DNA of 64,000 nucleotides from a virus (Duplodnaviria; Caudoviricetes): IMG/VR virus record IMGVR_UViG_2883526296_000003, positions 5,997 to 69,996 of that record; one strand, 5' to 3'. Shown piece by piece: positions 9,853 to 19,106 of this stretch (position 1 is its first letter; each line of letters starts with the position of its first letter). The notes under the pieces were generated by a model. It saw only the letters and a program-made list of their open reading frames with translations, ran no database searches and was not told where the DNA came from. The position numbers and the translations under genes were made by a program.

Positions 9853-9965
9853 ATTATACCAAATATCTTTAAATGTCAAGATGAAAATACCAAATAACTT
9901 GGTAAAAAGTATTGACACAACAAGAAACTTGTTATATAGTGTGAAATATACCAAGAAACTTGTTA
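9853..9965. promoter_or_regulatory. lysis/lysogeny switch: divergent promoters with repeated operators
   Basis: TTGACA(9912)-N17-TATAGT rightward; extended -10 TGGTATAAT leftward; palindromes ACCAAataacTTGGT (9889), AACAAGaaaCTTGTT (9919), ACCAAGaaaCTTGTT (9950). Confidence 0.75.
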
Positions 9966-9983
9966 ATTAAAGGAGGGAGCAAA

Positions 9984-10199
9984 ATGTCCATAGTAGCAAT
10001 AAACGTTTACCGGATAATAGAAGAGAAATGCCTCAAGCAGTCTGCGGTAGCATTAAAAGCAGGATACGATCCTAAAAAATTTAACGCGATGCTCAGAGGA
10101 AGAAAAACCATTACTTCGGAGGATGTTTTACCAATAGCGGGCGCACTCGAAGTTGAAGTCAATGACCTATTTACCCAAAACGGGCAGATAAAACAATGA
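9984..10199 (+). CDS. Cro-like HTH regulator
   Basis: AAGGAGG RBS; short Xre HTH ending IAGALEVEVNDLF. Confidence 0.8.
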   Translation: MSIVAINVYRIIEEKCLKQSAVALKAGYDPKKFNAMLRGRKTITSEDVLPIAGALEVEVNDLFTQNGQIKQ

Positions 10200-10341
10200 A
10201 GAAGAGCTGAAGAGGAAAGAAAGTGCTTGGAGATATAAGAGAACACCCTCTGCGGAACGTGTCGGCATTAACGAGGGGAGGCATAAAAGTAAGACCTCAC
10301 AAAGTGTTGGATTTGTAGTATAATCAGAATGAGGTGAAAAT

Positions 10342-11025
10342 ATGGAATTAAATAGTTTATATAATATTTTAATATTTATTGCTCCAGGGCTATTAGTGAA
10401 AGAGTTACATGGATATTTTGTTAAAGGAAAGGTTTTCAAACAACCAGCTTACGAGTACATTTTTGAAATAGTAGTAGATAGTTTAATTGTTTTGTTTTTT
10501 AGTGTAGTTGTAATTAATTATTTTAACAAAGAGAATTTAAGCACTGTAGAAAGTATTACTACATATTTTAATGACATTTTTAATATAGCAAGTTTCATAG
10601 GAATTGCGTTTCCAATAGCCGTTATATGGTGTATATTAAAATATAAGGTTATTATCCCATCATTTTTAAAAACTAAAAATTTTATGTTTACTAAGTTGGG
10701 GTTCACGTTTGTCCATACAGGTAAGCCTAGCACATGGGATAGCATGATGGAATATCAAGATATAAATAATACCTGGCAAGTTGTTTCTGTGTATAATCAT
10801 AATAATTATATTACGTCAGGAATGATAGAGGAAAGAATATCGTCGAATGCAGCTGAATTTGAGCTGGCTTTAGAATATAAACAGGATACAGAGAAACTTA
10901 TGAAAGAATACCCAGAAAAATTTCGTGTATGGCATGAATATTACAATATAAATACTGGGCTTAGAGTATTATTTTACAATCAAGAATTATTACAAGAGCA
11001 CTGGGATAAAATGATTAATAAATAA
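10342..11025 (+). CDS. AT-rich membrane protein (moron, DUF6338-like)
   Basis: three hydrophobic segments, FIAPG near N-terminus, PSTWD motif. Confidence 0.55.
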   Translation: MELNSLYNILIFIAPGLLVKELHGYFVKGKVFKQPAYEYIFEIVVDSLIVLFFSVVVINYFNKENLSTVESITTYFNDIFNIASFIGIAFPIAVIWCILKYKVIIPSFLKTKNFMFTKLGFTFVHTGKPSTWDSMMEYQDINNTWQVVSVYNHNNYITSGMIEERISSNAAEFELALEYKQDTEKLMKEYPEKFRVWHEYYNINTGLRVLFYNQELLQEHWDKMINK

Positions 11026-11026
11026 A

Positions 11027-11158
11027 TTATTTTTTCGGGGGCTTAGGAGGAGAGACAATTTTCAGGCTAGTAGCTCCATCGCGAGATGTGCTAGTTTTAC
11101 TACCGTTTTTAGACCCGCTTTGTGGTGGGTTAGAAATTGAAACAGGGTTATTACTCAT
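11027..11158 (-). CDS. 43-aa Ser/Pro-rich peptide (not in ORF track)
   Basis: GGAGG RBS; MSNNPVSISNPPQSGSK...VSPPKPPKK. Confidence 0.5.
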   Translation of the reverse strand: MSNNPVSISNPPQSGSKNGSKTSTSRDGATSLKIVSPPKPPKK

Positions 11159-11452
11159 ACTGATACCTCCAATACGTCCAGTGCTCAAAAACATTATACA
11201 ACATACAACAAAATACTACAAATCCAAACACTATGAATCAACATAGTGTTTTTTTATACCCCGAAACATGGGAATGAGAAAAAGCTGAGATGTGAAATGC
11301 CAGTTGAGAGGAGGTGAAGAGAAGATGGGAAACAGAGAGAACTCTCAACATCAATGTGGGATAGTTAGATGGGGTAATCAAAAAAGCGAACCAGCTAAGC
11401 GAACTCTTGCTAGAAGTTCGGAAACAGTTTGATTCGCTTTCAGAAATACAGC

Positions 11453-11803
11453 TTATGATTGGTTGAAAATATTCTGTGTATATTGGTTAGCAGCTTCGTT
11501 TAGCATTTCCTGCCAAGAGCCAAAGTGCGTAACTGCCTGAATATGTTTGTCAAATATGTCATCAGGAATGTTCTCAAAGTCTTCCTGGGAATTGACAAAA
11601 AAGTTGCCAGATTTGAGAAGTTCATCAAAACTGCTGAAATATGTGTATTTTTTCATGAAGTTTGAATTAAAAATTTCATCAAAGTTTACTTCAACAGAGA
11701 CTTTTTCTTCGACAGAAACTTTTACCTCTTTTTTTACCTCTTTTTTCTCTAGGTCTTTCTGGATTCTTTTTAAACCGCGATCAATAAATTCATTAATACC
11801 CAT
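11453..11803 (-). CDS. hypothetical protein, paralog of 13185-13505
   Basis: AGGAGG RBS; shared FDEIF..FMK.YT.FS.FDELL..G.F..NSQEDFENIPD..FD.HI.A.T.F.SWQ.ML. Confidence 0.7.
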   Translation of the reverse strand: MGINEFIDRGLKRIQKDLEKKEVKKEVKVSVEEKVSVEVNFDEIFNSNFMKKYTYFSSFDELLKSGNFFVNSQEDFENIPDDIFDKHIQAVTHFGSWQEMLNEAANQYTQNIFNQS

Positions 11804-11956
11804 AAAAGCGCCTCCTTTCTGAAATACTCAGCGCCTGAGCACCTGTAGGTAAATTATACCACTGAGAGGGCGTTACATAAAGTCGGAGGCTTCGACAAAA
11901 TAAGCCAAATAAGTAGAGACACATAAACGCAGTATTAGAGCGGAGGTGAAGAGAAG

Positions 11957-12097
11957 ATGAAAGAAAGCGTGAGCAAATCAGAAATTAGAAGAGAAAAGAT
12001 TTCACTTGTGATTTCTATAACCGCACTTATCATATCAATGATATTACCCATTTTACGACATCTACCATATCTGTTGGGTCTGTTAGGAGTGCAATAA
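11957..12097 (+). CDS. 46-aa single-TM hydrophobic peptide (not in ORF track)
   Basis: GGAGGTG RBS; MKESVSKSEIRREKISLVISITALIISMILPILRHLPYLLGLLGVQ. Confidence 0.55.
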   Translation: MKESVSKSEIRREKISLVISITALIISMILPILRHLPYLLGLLGVQ

Positions 12098-12128
12098 GTA
12101 AAGTAAATATAGAAGGAGGTGAGAAAGG

Positions 12129-12416
12129 ATGTTAGGAAAAGATGAAGTTAGAGAAGTAACTGTGAAGATAAATCCCAGCGGTACAGGCATATCAGTTCTT
12201 ATTAATGGAAATTTCGTAGATCGGAATTATTTAGACGTCCAGAAAATCGGATTTGAATTTCAGGTAGGAAGAGAAGGCGGTATTGAAGTGTCCTGCACGC
12301 GGACTAATATCGAGGACGTTTATTCAGAAAGAAAAATGGCCGCAGCTGCTCTGGCAGGAGCAAAAGCGACCAATGCTTCAAGGGATGAATTTTGTAACAG
12401 TATCGATAATATCTGA
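12129..12416 (+). CDS. hypothetical phage protein
   Basis: AAGGAGGTG RBS, 95 aa. Confidence 0.55.
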   Translation: MLGKDEVREVTVKINPSGTGISVLINGNFVDRNYLDVQKIGFEFQVGREGGIEVSCTRTNIEDVYSERKMAAAALAGAKATNASRDEFCNSIDNI

Positions 12417-12701
12417 TGCGTTTTGCTTTGGGATGTTTTCCATATATACAATAGCATCATTTAGAAGCTGAAAGTTTCCGATAATGTCCATTCTTAAAAA
12501 TTTGGCTTGGTAGAGCTCATAGAGTACATTGTCGAAATCGTCCGGTATCCATTCAGAAAACAATAATTCTTTAGCTTCATCGGAAGAAAAGGACATTGCT
12601 TCATCTTTAGAAAGTTTGCTCTTTCGCCTTTTTAAATATTCTTTGTAAAGGCCGCGCAATAGTTTTGAGGCATCGCTTGAGATTGGTTTAGTAAAAATAC
12701 A
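12378..12701 (-). CDS. hypothetical moron protein (start uncertain; only the C-terminal part of the 231-aa track ORF looks real)
   Basis: RBS AAGGTGGTG near 12705-12713 and TATAAT upstream; protein-like sequence SDASKLLRGLYKEYLKRRK. Confidence 0.5.
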   Translation of the reverse strand, partial: CIFTKPISSDASKLLRGLYKEYLKRRKSKLSKDEAMSFSSDEAKELLFSEWIPDDFDNVLYELYQAKFLRMDIIGNFQLLNDAIVYMENIPKQNASDIIDTVTKFIP

Positions 12702-12812
12702 ATCACCACCTTTCAAGGAGATTATACAACAAAAAGTAAAATATTGCCAGAAAAACAAATGATAGAGCATAGGACATTCAGCTACATTAATACACTTATA
12801 GGGGTGATAGAT

Positions 12813-12986
12813 ATGGCAAAAAAGAAACCGCTGACCGTTGTCGGCATACTTGTAACTCAGGATGCCGACGGAAACCGGATAGAGCGTTCCTGGGATAACA
12901 TCCCTGAAAAAGAAAAGAAAGAGCTGAGAGTGAAGCTCACTGATAATGCCATGGCTGCTGCTGGATATGTTCGGTGCAGCACTTAG
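12813..12986 (+). CDS. small hypothetical phage protein
   Basis: GGGGTG RBS; MAKKKPLTVV...AMAAAGYVR. Confidence 0.55.
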   Translation: MAKKKPLTVVGILVTQDADGNRIERSWDNIPEKEKKELRVKLTDNAMAAAGYVRCST

Positions 12987-13054
12987 ACAGAAAGGCTGCT
13001 CAGCCATTAACGGTCCTATTTTGGACAAGCAGTAGATAGAAAGGAGGAAAACGG

Positions 13055-13198
13055 ATGGCAAACAAGAAAACAACAGTATCTATCAAGGTTGAAGATCTGG
13101 ACGAGGCAATTGAAAAAGCGAACCAACTAAAGAAACTTTTGGAAGAAGCTCAGAAATTAATTGATTCGCTTGCGGCGACGCAGATTAAAGTTTACTAA
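13055..13198 (+). CDS. 47-aa coiled-coil peptide (not in ORF track)
   Basis: AAGGAGG RBS; MANKKTTVSIKVEDLDEAIEKANQLKELLEEAQKLIDSLAATQIKVY. Confidence 0.6.
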   Translation: MANKKTTVSIKVEDLDEAIEKANQLKKLLEEAQKLIDSLAATQIKVY

Positions 13199-13505
13199 AC
13201 GCTTTCTGGGCATATAGGTCAGATGCTTTGTCTAACATCTTTTGCCAAGAACTGAACTGCGTGGTTGCCCGAATATGTTCGTCAAATTCATTGTCAGGAA
13301 TGTTTTCAAAATCTTCTTGAGAGTTTATGACAAAGTCTCCGGCTTCAAGGAGTTCGTCAAAATTACTGAAGTTTGTATACCTTTTCATGAAGCTAGGAGT
13401 AAAAATTTCGTCAAAGCTTTTTTCTCCGGAGATTTTCTTAGCGGCTTTTTCTAAATCTTTCATGTACTTTTTTAAGCCGCGAGTATCTACTTTGATACCA
13501 CCCAT
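13185..13505 (-). CDS. hypothetical protein, paralog of 11453-11803
   Basis: visible sequence similarity to 11453-11803; RBS AAGGATGGTG. Confidence 0.7.
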   Translation of the reverse strand: MGGIKVDTRGLKKYMKDLEKAAKKISGEKSFDEIFTPSFMKRYTNFSNFDELLEAGDFVINSQEDFENIPDNEFDEHIRATTQFSSWQKMLDKASDLYAQKAFSKL

Positions 13506-13653
13506 TTGAAATCACCATCCTTTCACCGAAATATTAACATTTTTGTCGTAGAGTGTAAATGGAGAAAAGGAATAGCTTAGGTCAATTATAAAAGTTTCAA
13601 ATATTTCGTATTATATTTTATAAAGTTATTTTTAAAAAGAAAGGAAGTAGATT

Positions 13654-13920
13654 ATGAACACAGAAATTTTAAGGGTATCAGCAAAGTCAAGCCCTAACGC
13701 AGTAGCAGGCTCAATAGCAGCAGTCATCCGGGAGGGCTTCCATGCAGAGGTACAAGCCATCGGCGCGGGAGCTGTCAATCAGGCAGTCAAGGCGGTAGCT
13801 ATCGCTAGAGGTTATGTGGCACCGGCGGGAATGGACCTGGTTTGCGTGCCGGGGTTTAAGGATGTGGAGATTGACGGTGAAGAGCGAACTGTTATTGTGC
13901 TGTTTGTAGGAAAGAGGTAA
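13654..13920 (+). CDS. spoVS: stage V sporulation protein S (phage-borne)
   Basis: EILRVSAKSSPNAVAGSIA...QAIGAGAVNQAVKAVAIARGYVAP.G.DL...P.F.DVEIDGEERT. Confidence 0.93.
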   Translation: MNTEILRVSAKSSPNAVAGSIAAVIREGFHAEVQAIGAGAVNQAVKAVAIARGYVAPAGMDLVCVPGFKDVEIDGEERTVIVLFVGKR

Positions 13921-13925
13921 GACGT

Positions 13926-14207
13926 ATGAGAGCAACAGGAATTGTAAGAAGAGTAGACGAACTGGGCAGAGTGGTTCTGCCAAAGGAACTTCGCAGAGTA
14001 TTGGGAATCAAAGAAGGAGACCCAATGGAGATATTCACGGACAATGCTGGGGAAATCATTCTTAAAAAGTATGATAATGGCCGGGAGGTAGGTGAAAAGA
14101 TTTCGGACCTGATTGATTACATAAAGGATACTCAAGGAGTGCCAGATCAGGATGCAGTCCTGAGGCTCTTAAATGAGGCTGGGGTCATTGTAGGAGGGAA
14201 GAAGTGA
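13926..14207 (+). CDS. AbrB/SpoVT family transition-state regulator (phage-borne)
   Basis: MRATGIVRRVDELGRVVLPKELRRVLGIKEGDPMEIF...IILKKY. Confidence 0.9.
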   Translation: MRATGIVRRVDELGRVVLPKELRRVLGIKEGDPMEIFTDNAGEIILKKYDNGREVGEKISDLIDYIKDTQGVPDQDAVLRLLNEAGVIVGGKK

Positions 14208-14277
14208 TGAAAGGTAAGCGGAAAGTATCTGCTAACCCTGTGGGCGGAACGCTGAATGAGTTGGAGGAGGGCACAGA

Positions 14278-14670
14278 GTGACAGACTACTATAGCCGCTG
14301 TGCTTTTCCAAAGCCAGTGAACAAGAAAAAGAAAAAACTGTATAACGGCTATAAGGACAAGCCCAACAGAGTATGCGCCTTTAAAGGCACGCCGTATGCA
14401 GAACGCCATGAGATTTTCGGAGGCCCTAACCGCCAGAAGTCCATCCAATACGGACTACAAGTAGACCTAAGCCACGAAGTCCATGAGAGGGTAACGAATC
14501 CCCGGACGGATAAGGACCTAGACCTAGTCCGGCAGCTAAAAGAGTACGGACAAAAAATGTTCGAGGATATAATCCGAGAGCAAGGCGGTACAGACGTGGA
14601 AGCCAGGAAGAGTTTTATGCACGAGTTCGGCAAGAACTACCTGGAGCCCTTAGGGCGGGAGGGTGTCTGA
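14278..14670 (+). CDS. hypothetical phage protein (possible HNH-like nuclease fold)
   Basis: ERHEIFGG.NRQKS...GLQVDL.HE.H and F..EFGKNYL motifs; GGAGG RBS. Confidence 0.5.
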   Translation: MTDYYSRCAFPKPVNKKKKKLYNGYKDKPNRVCAFKGTPYAERHEIFGGPNRQKSIQYGLQVDLSHEVHERVTNPRTDKDLDLVRQLKEYGQKMFEDIIREQGGTDVEARKSFMHEFGKNYLEPLGREGV

Positions 14671-14827
14671 TGGAAGAGGAATACCGGTGCAGTATAGGAA
14701 CTGGGAGCTGCCCGGAGGGGCTAGGCCTCTGCCGCTATACATGTGAAAGGTATGCCGGATGCGGTGACCGCTGCTGCATAGCGTGGCCGCCAGACTTTGA
14801 AAAGTGCGATCATATCACGGTGAAAAA

Positions 14828-15154
14828 ATGAACACCTGTCCAATCTGTAAATCGGACAGCTTCCAGGAAAGTATCAACTGCCCGAAGCACAAAGATGTGA
14901 TCTGTATGGACTGCTGCCGGCAGTGCGAACACTACGACCAGGACAAGCCCCATATAGCCCACTGGTGCAGATATAGACCCCAGGAGGCAGCGGAGCGAAA
15001 GGATAAGATTACAGCGATAGAAGAACAAATAAAATTCCTAGATGATAAGCAAGACCGGCTCTTCCGCGAAGGAAACCAGAGAAAAGCAGAAGATGTTGTC
15101 TGGGAAATCGTGGCCCTTAAGATGAAGAAAGAGGGCCTGGAGAAAGGAGCATGA
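14828..15154 (+). CDS. Cys-rich hypothetical phage protein
   Basis: CPIC...CPKH..ICMDCCRQC; coiled-coil C-terminus; start uncertain. Confidence 0.5.
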   Translation: MNTCPICKSDSFQESINCPKHKDVICMDCCRQCEHYDQDKPHIAHWCRYRPQEAAERKDKITAIEEQIKFLDDKQDRLFREGNQRKAEDVVWEIVALKMKKEGLEKGA

Positions 15155-15348
15155 GCATGAAGCATGACCTAATCTTACTATCAAAAGCTTTCATATGTTT
15201 AGCGGTAGGGATGGCCCTGGCCTATCTGGAACGGGGATATCTAGCCATCGGAGCAGAGTATCTGTTTTGGTTTATACCGATACTACATAGCCAGGAAAAG
15301 AAAAAGAACCCACATAAGGGCTGCAACCCTGTGGATTCTGCAAAGTAG
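15151..15348 (+). CDS. small membrane protein
   Basis: hydrophobic segment then AYLERGYLAIGAEY; overlapping start/stop with upstream gene. Confidence 0.55.
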   Translation: MSMKHDLILLSKAFICLAVGMALAYLERGYLAIGAEYLFWFIPILHSQEKKKNPHKGCNPVDSAK

Positions 15349-15399
15349 ACGTTATGTTATATAACGTCTTTATTCTATCACACAGAGAGGAAAAAGACA

Positions 15400-15759
15400 A
15401 TGAGTGAATTAACTAACAGGGCAATAGCCCACATCACAGAACAGATGATGCAGGACCAGAACAACCCGGCCATCGTAGCCCTTGAAGAGTATTTGACAGA
15501 CCTTTGCACAAGCGATAGCGTTGCCAACTTACTTCTATCGAAAGACAAGAGTTTAAAGGGAGCACTGAAGGCCATAGAAAATGTTGCACGCAAAAAGGCT
15601 GTAGGAAACTGCGGCGTAGTGCCCCCAGATGAAGCGGTTGACATCATTAGGGGATATTACGGAATCCAGGCAAATGAAGACGGCGGCACACGTGATGCGC
15701 ACGCCGAAACGAAGCCGGATGAAATAATCGACGTGATGGCCCTTCTGGCGGGAATGTAG
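15400..15759 (+). CDS. PcfK-like protein
   Basis: KSLKGAL.AI...ARKKAVGNCGVV..DE....I..YYG; immediately upstream of a PcfJ-domain gene. Confidence 0.65.
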   Translation: MSELTNRAIAHITEQMMQDQNNPAIVALEEYLTDLCTSDSVANLLLSKDKSLKGALKAIENVARKKAVGNCGVVPPDEAVDIIRGYYGIQANEDGGTRDAHAETKPDEIIDVMALLAGM

Positions 15760-17307
15760 GTGGCGAGTATGGAGACAAAACACCAGGAACTATTTGAAAG
15801 CAATGCTCCAAAGATTTATAGTGAGCTGCCGTCGCTGAAGACGGACCCGATTATAAAGTGGCTCCTAAAGAACGTGTTCAAAGAGCGTTATCTTTTCTAC
15901 GATAAACCCCAAAAGACAGCGGTGTGCTCCTGCTGCGGAGCGGTAGAGATGCCGGAAGATGTTAAGCACGACCGTCAGGGCGAGTGCCCCAAGTGCCATG
16001 CAAAAGTGACGTATAGGTCTGCTGGAATTGGCCGAGGCAAACTCACAGGCCGCGTAAGAATTCTCATATTTCAAAAGAAAGGAAAAACCGTATACGCGAC
16101 GACCAACTTTGTTTATGCAGACTATGGCGAAGGAAAGGTTAGGCTGTTTAAAGACGTTGATGGTGTATTCAAATTTAATCGAAAAGAACAACAAGGCTAT
16201 CAGACATCTTACGGGTATTTCGAGGGTGGCCGCTGGATAGAGCAAAAAAATATCAGGGTTCCACATAGACAAAGCGACTGGGGGAATGCCCCGCTCTATT
16301 TGTACGGAGCCAATTTAAAACAAGTCTTTCAAGGGACAGACCTGCGATACTGCCAGCTGGCTGAACAGGCGAAAGAGTGGTATCCAAAAACTTTTCTAAA
16401 ATTGGTGGATTTGAACGCGAAGTATGAATCAATAGAAAAACTGCATAAAGTTGGGCTGGATCATTTGATTGAATCGAAGCTAGTGGGAGAACATGGTAGT
16501 GCCGCCGTTCGATGGAAAAAGACGAATCTATCGGAAATCTTACAGCTCACCAAGCCGGAGCTCATAAAAGCTAGGGAAATGAAGATAAGCCTGGAAGGCT
16601 TGGAAAGGTATAAAATTGCTCGGGATTGTGGGCTTCCAGTTCATATTGGAAACAAGTGCGAGTATGATATGGACGTGCTTAAAACCCTTAGAAGCTGCCA
16701 GAAACTAATCGAGCCAAGAAAGTTGTATAGATATATCAAGAAACAAGAAGACACAGCTGCCGGATACCGACTTTACACCGTGGCAAAGGACTATAACGAC
16801 TATATCAAGGAATGCAAGGAGTTGGAACTAGATTTATCTGATAAAGCTATTCTTCTCCCTAAAGATTTACAAGCAGCTCACGCTAGAACATCGGCGCAGG
16901 TTAAGGTAAAGGCCGATCCGGAACAGCAGGAACAAATTAAAAGAAAAGCAAAGAAACTAAGATATCTTGGATTCCAAGATGGAAACCTGCTCATACGGAT
17001 AGCTGAGACGGCAGGAGAAATCATCGAAGAAGGTAAACTGATAGGCCACTGTGTAGGTGGTTATGTGGATGGGGTAGCCGCAGGAAGGACGAATATTTTC
17101 TTTGTCCGAAAGAGTAGCGAACCGGAAGAACCATACTTTACCTTGGAGATGAAAAAAGAAAAAGGCGAATACAGGATGGTTCAATGCCGGGGTGGCGGCA
17201 GAAATAAGGGAAATGGAACAATGCCGGAGGACGTGAAGGCGTTTATTGACAAGTGGATGGCTGAGGTGGTGAACGCCAAGCCAAAGAAAAGAAAGAAGGT
17301 AGCTTGA
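15760..17307 (+). CDS. PcfJ domain protein
   Basis: DYNDYI..C..L, P.DL..AH, EG..IGHCVGGY, IFFVRK..EP..PYFTLE, QCRG. Confidence 0.85.
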   Translation: MASMETKHQELFESNAPKIYSELPSLKTDPIIKWLLKNVFKERYLFYDKPQKTAVCSCCGAVEMPEDVKHDRQGECPKCHAKVTYRSAGIGRGKLTGRVRILIFQKKGKTVYATTNFVYADYGEGKVRLFKDVDGVFKFNRKEQQGYQTSYGYFEGGRWIEQKNIRVPHRQSDWGNAPLYLYGANLKQVFQGTDLRYCQLAEQAKEWYPKTFLKLVDLNAKYESIEKLHKVGLDHLIESKLVGEHGSAAVRWKKTNLSEILQLTKPELIKAREMKISLEGLERYKIARDCGLPVHIGNKCEYDMDVLKTLRSCQKLIEPRKLYRYIKKQEDTAAGYRLYTVAKDYNDYIKECKELELDLSDKAILLPKDLQAAHARTSAQVKVKADPEQQEQIKRKAKKLRYLGFQDGNLLIRIAETAGEIIEEGKLIGHCVGGYVDGVAAGRTNIFFVRKSSEPEEPYFTLEMKKEKGEYRMVQCRGGGRNKGNGTMPEDVKAFIDKWMAEVVNAKPKKRKKVA

Positions 17308-18347
17308 TGGAAAATATTATTGAGGCTGATTTCAAGGTGGTGCAGGAACGCACGTTGGATATTATCGCCACAGAAATCAAAACGATTGACAACCATGTAT
17401 GCCAAGTGGCATTAAATGGCGCTATAGAAATTGGTGCAAAGCTCGAGGAGGCCAAGGAAAAGGTCGGACATGGTAATTGGGAAAATTGGTGCAAAGAAAA
17501 CTTGGATTATTCCAAGTCGCAGGCCGAAAGATTTATGAAAATTTCGGCGGAATACGGGAATGAAGATAGCCCGTATTTGTCGGCTATTTCAAAAACGTAC
17601 ACGTGTACGGATTTCAGCATTTCCAAGGCTTTCAGACTTTTACAAGTGCCGGAAAACGAGATAGAAGACTTCGTCGAAAAAAATGACGTTGACACGATGA
17701 AAGTAAGGGAACTGGAAAATGAAATCAAGCGACTAAAGCAGGAAAAAGAGACTGCCGACGAACAACTCGAAAATATCGATAGGTTGCAAAGTGATCTTGA
17801 TACAGCAATGGCAGAGAAGGAAGCTACCGCTAAACTGCTCCAGGATCTTCAGGAGAAGCAGAAGAAGGCTGAGAATGGCGAGCTACCAGACGATATAAAG
17901 GCCGAAATGCTAGAACGCCAGAATGAAATTGATAAGCTAAAAGAATCCCTGGATAAATCCAAAGCTAAAGAAAAGAAGCTGAAAGAAGAAAAGGACCGTA
18001 TAGAGGCTAGTCGAAAAGAAGCTATCCAAGAAGCAGAGAAGAAAGCCCGAGATGAAGCGGCGGCCACGGCTCAAGCGGAAGCGGAAAAGGTAGTAGCGGA
18101 TACCATAGAGCAGCTGGAAAAAGAAACCGAAGAAGCGAAAACACGAGCAGCGGCAGCAGAAAACATGCTGGCCATGTCTGCTAGCGAAGAGGTAGTAATC
18201 TTTAAGACTAAGACTGCTGACCTACAGAAAATGGTTGGAGAAATCAAGACATCCATACATAGCCTGTCTGAAAAAGATCCAGAGCAAGCGGACAAGCACC
18301 GGCAAGTCTTTAAAAAGGTAATGCAGGCCCTTTATGACGGGATATAG
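17304..18347 (+). CDS. DUF3102 domain coiled-coil protein
   Basis: IEIGAKLEEAKEKVGHGNWENW...YSKSQAERFMKI. Confidence 0.85.
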   Translation: MMENIIEADFKVVQERTLDIIATEIKTIDNHVCQVALNGAIEIGAKLEEAKEKVGHGNWENWCKENLDYSKSQAERFMKISAEYGNEDSPYLSAISKTYTCTDFSISKAFRLLQVPENEIEDFVEKNDVDTMKVRELENEIKRLKQEKETADEQLENIDRLQSDLDTAMAEKEATAKLLQDLQEKQKKAENGELPDDIKAEMLERQNEIDKLKESLDKSKAKEKKLKEEKDRIEASRKEAIQEAEKKARDEAAATAQAEAEKVVADTIEQLEKETEEAKTRAAAAENMLAMSASEEVVIFKTKTADLQKMVGEIKTSIHSLSEKDPEQADKHRQVFKKVMQALYDGI

Positions 18348-18523
18348 GAGGGATAGCAAATGCCAACAGTGAGTAGAGAAGATTTTACCCGACGCCTACT
18401 GCAAGCCCAGCGGCGGCGCCGAGCCCGGGAAGAACGAGCCAAGGAGCAAGACATTTATAGTTATTCCGTTGAGGCTATACTGCGAAGCGTAAAAATACGC
18501 ATGAAAATGGAGGGATATTACTA

Positions 18524-18841
18524 ATGAGTAACAGAAACAGACGAATCAAGCCCATCGAAGCGGCTTTAAGAAAAGAGATAGAGGCCATAGACACCGAGCT
18601 ACTGGACCTCCAGGAGGAAAACTCCAACTTGCGCCGGCTCCTAGATGAACAGAACGACTACATAAAGCAGGAGCTTAAGGGCCTCCGAAAAGCCCTTGTA
18701 GACCACTACAGATACCAAGAATATCTAAAAAACAGGTTAGAGGATGAAAGCGCCATACGCCGTCAAAAAGACAACCAGCTGAGAGCGGCTATCGCAGGGA
18801 TACCGGAGCCAAGACGGCTGATAAAATTCCTATTTAAATAA
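18524..18841 (+). CDS. coiled-coil hypothetical protein
   Basis: GGAGG RBS, 105 aa. Confidence 0.55.
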   Translation: MSNRNRRIKPIEAALRKEIEAIDTELLDLQEENSNLRRLLDEQNDYIKQELKGLRKALVDHYRYQEYLKNRLEDESAIRRQKDNQLRAAIAGIPEPRRLIKFLFK

Positions 18842-18899
18842 TTCCCGAAGCAGAAATAAAAAAGCGCCCATATTTAATGGGCGCATAAATCTTTAATTC

Positions 18900-19079
18900 T
18901 TACCAATTTCTGTCACAATGACAGAAATTACACCAGTGGCAATAGTGGCACCAAGGGCACCAAGGATTGGAATGACAACACCAATGGCGCAAATGTCTTC
19001 TATCACCGGTAGCACCTAAGATGTTGTTATTACAATCAATTCTACGATTTGTTGTACCAGATAAAAAACGATCACACAT
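18900..19079 (-). CDS. 59-aa Cys/His/Trp-rich peptide (moron)
   Basis: AAGGAGG RBS before ATG at 19079; C-terminus WCCHSNPWCPWCHYCHWCNFCHCDRNW. Confidence 0.7.
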   Translation of the reverse strand: MCDRFLSGTTNRRIDCNNNILGATGDRRHLRHWCCHSNPWCPWCHYCHWCNFCHCDRNW

Positions 19080-19106
19080 ATTAGATGACCTCCTTTGGTC
19101 TACAAC

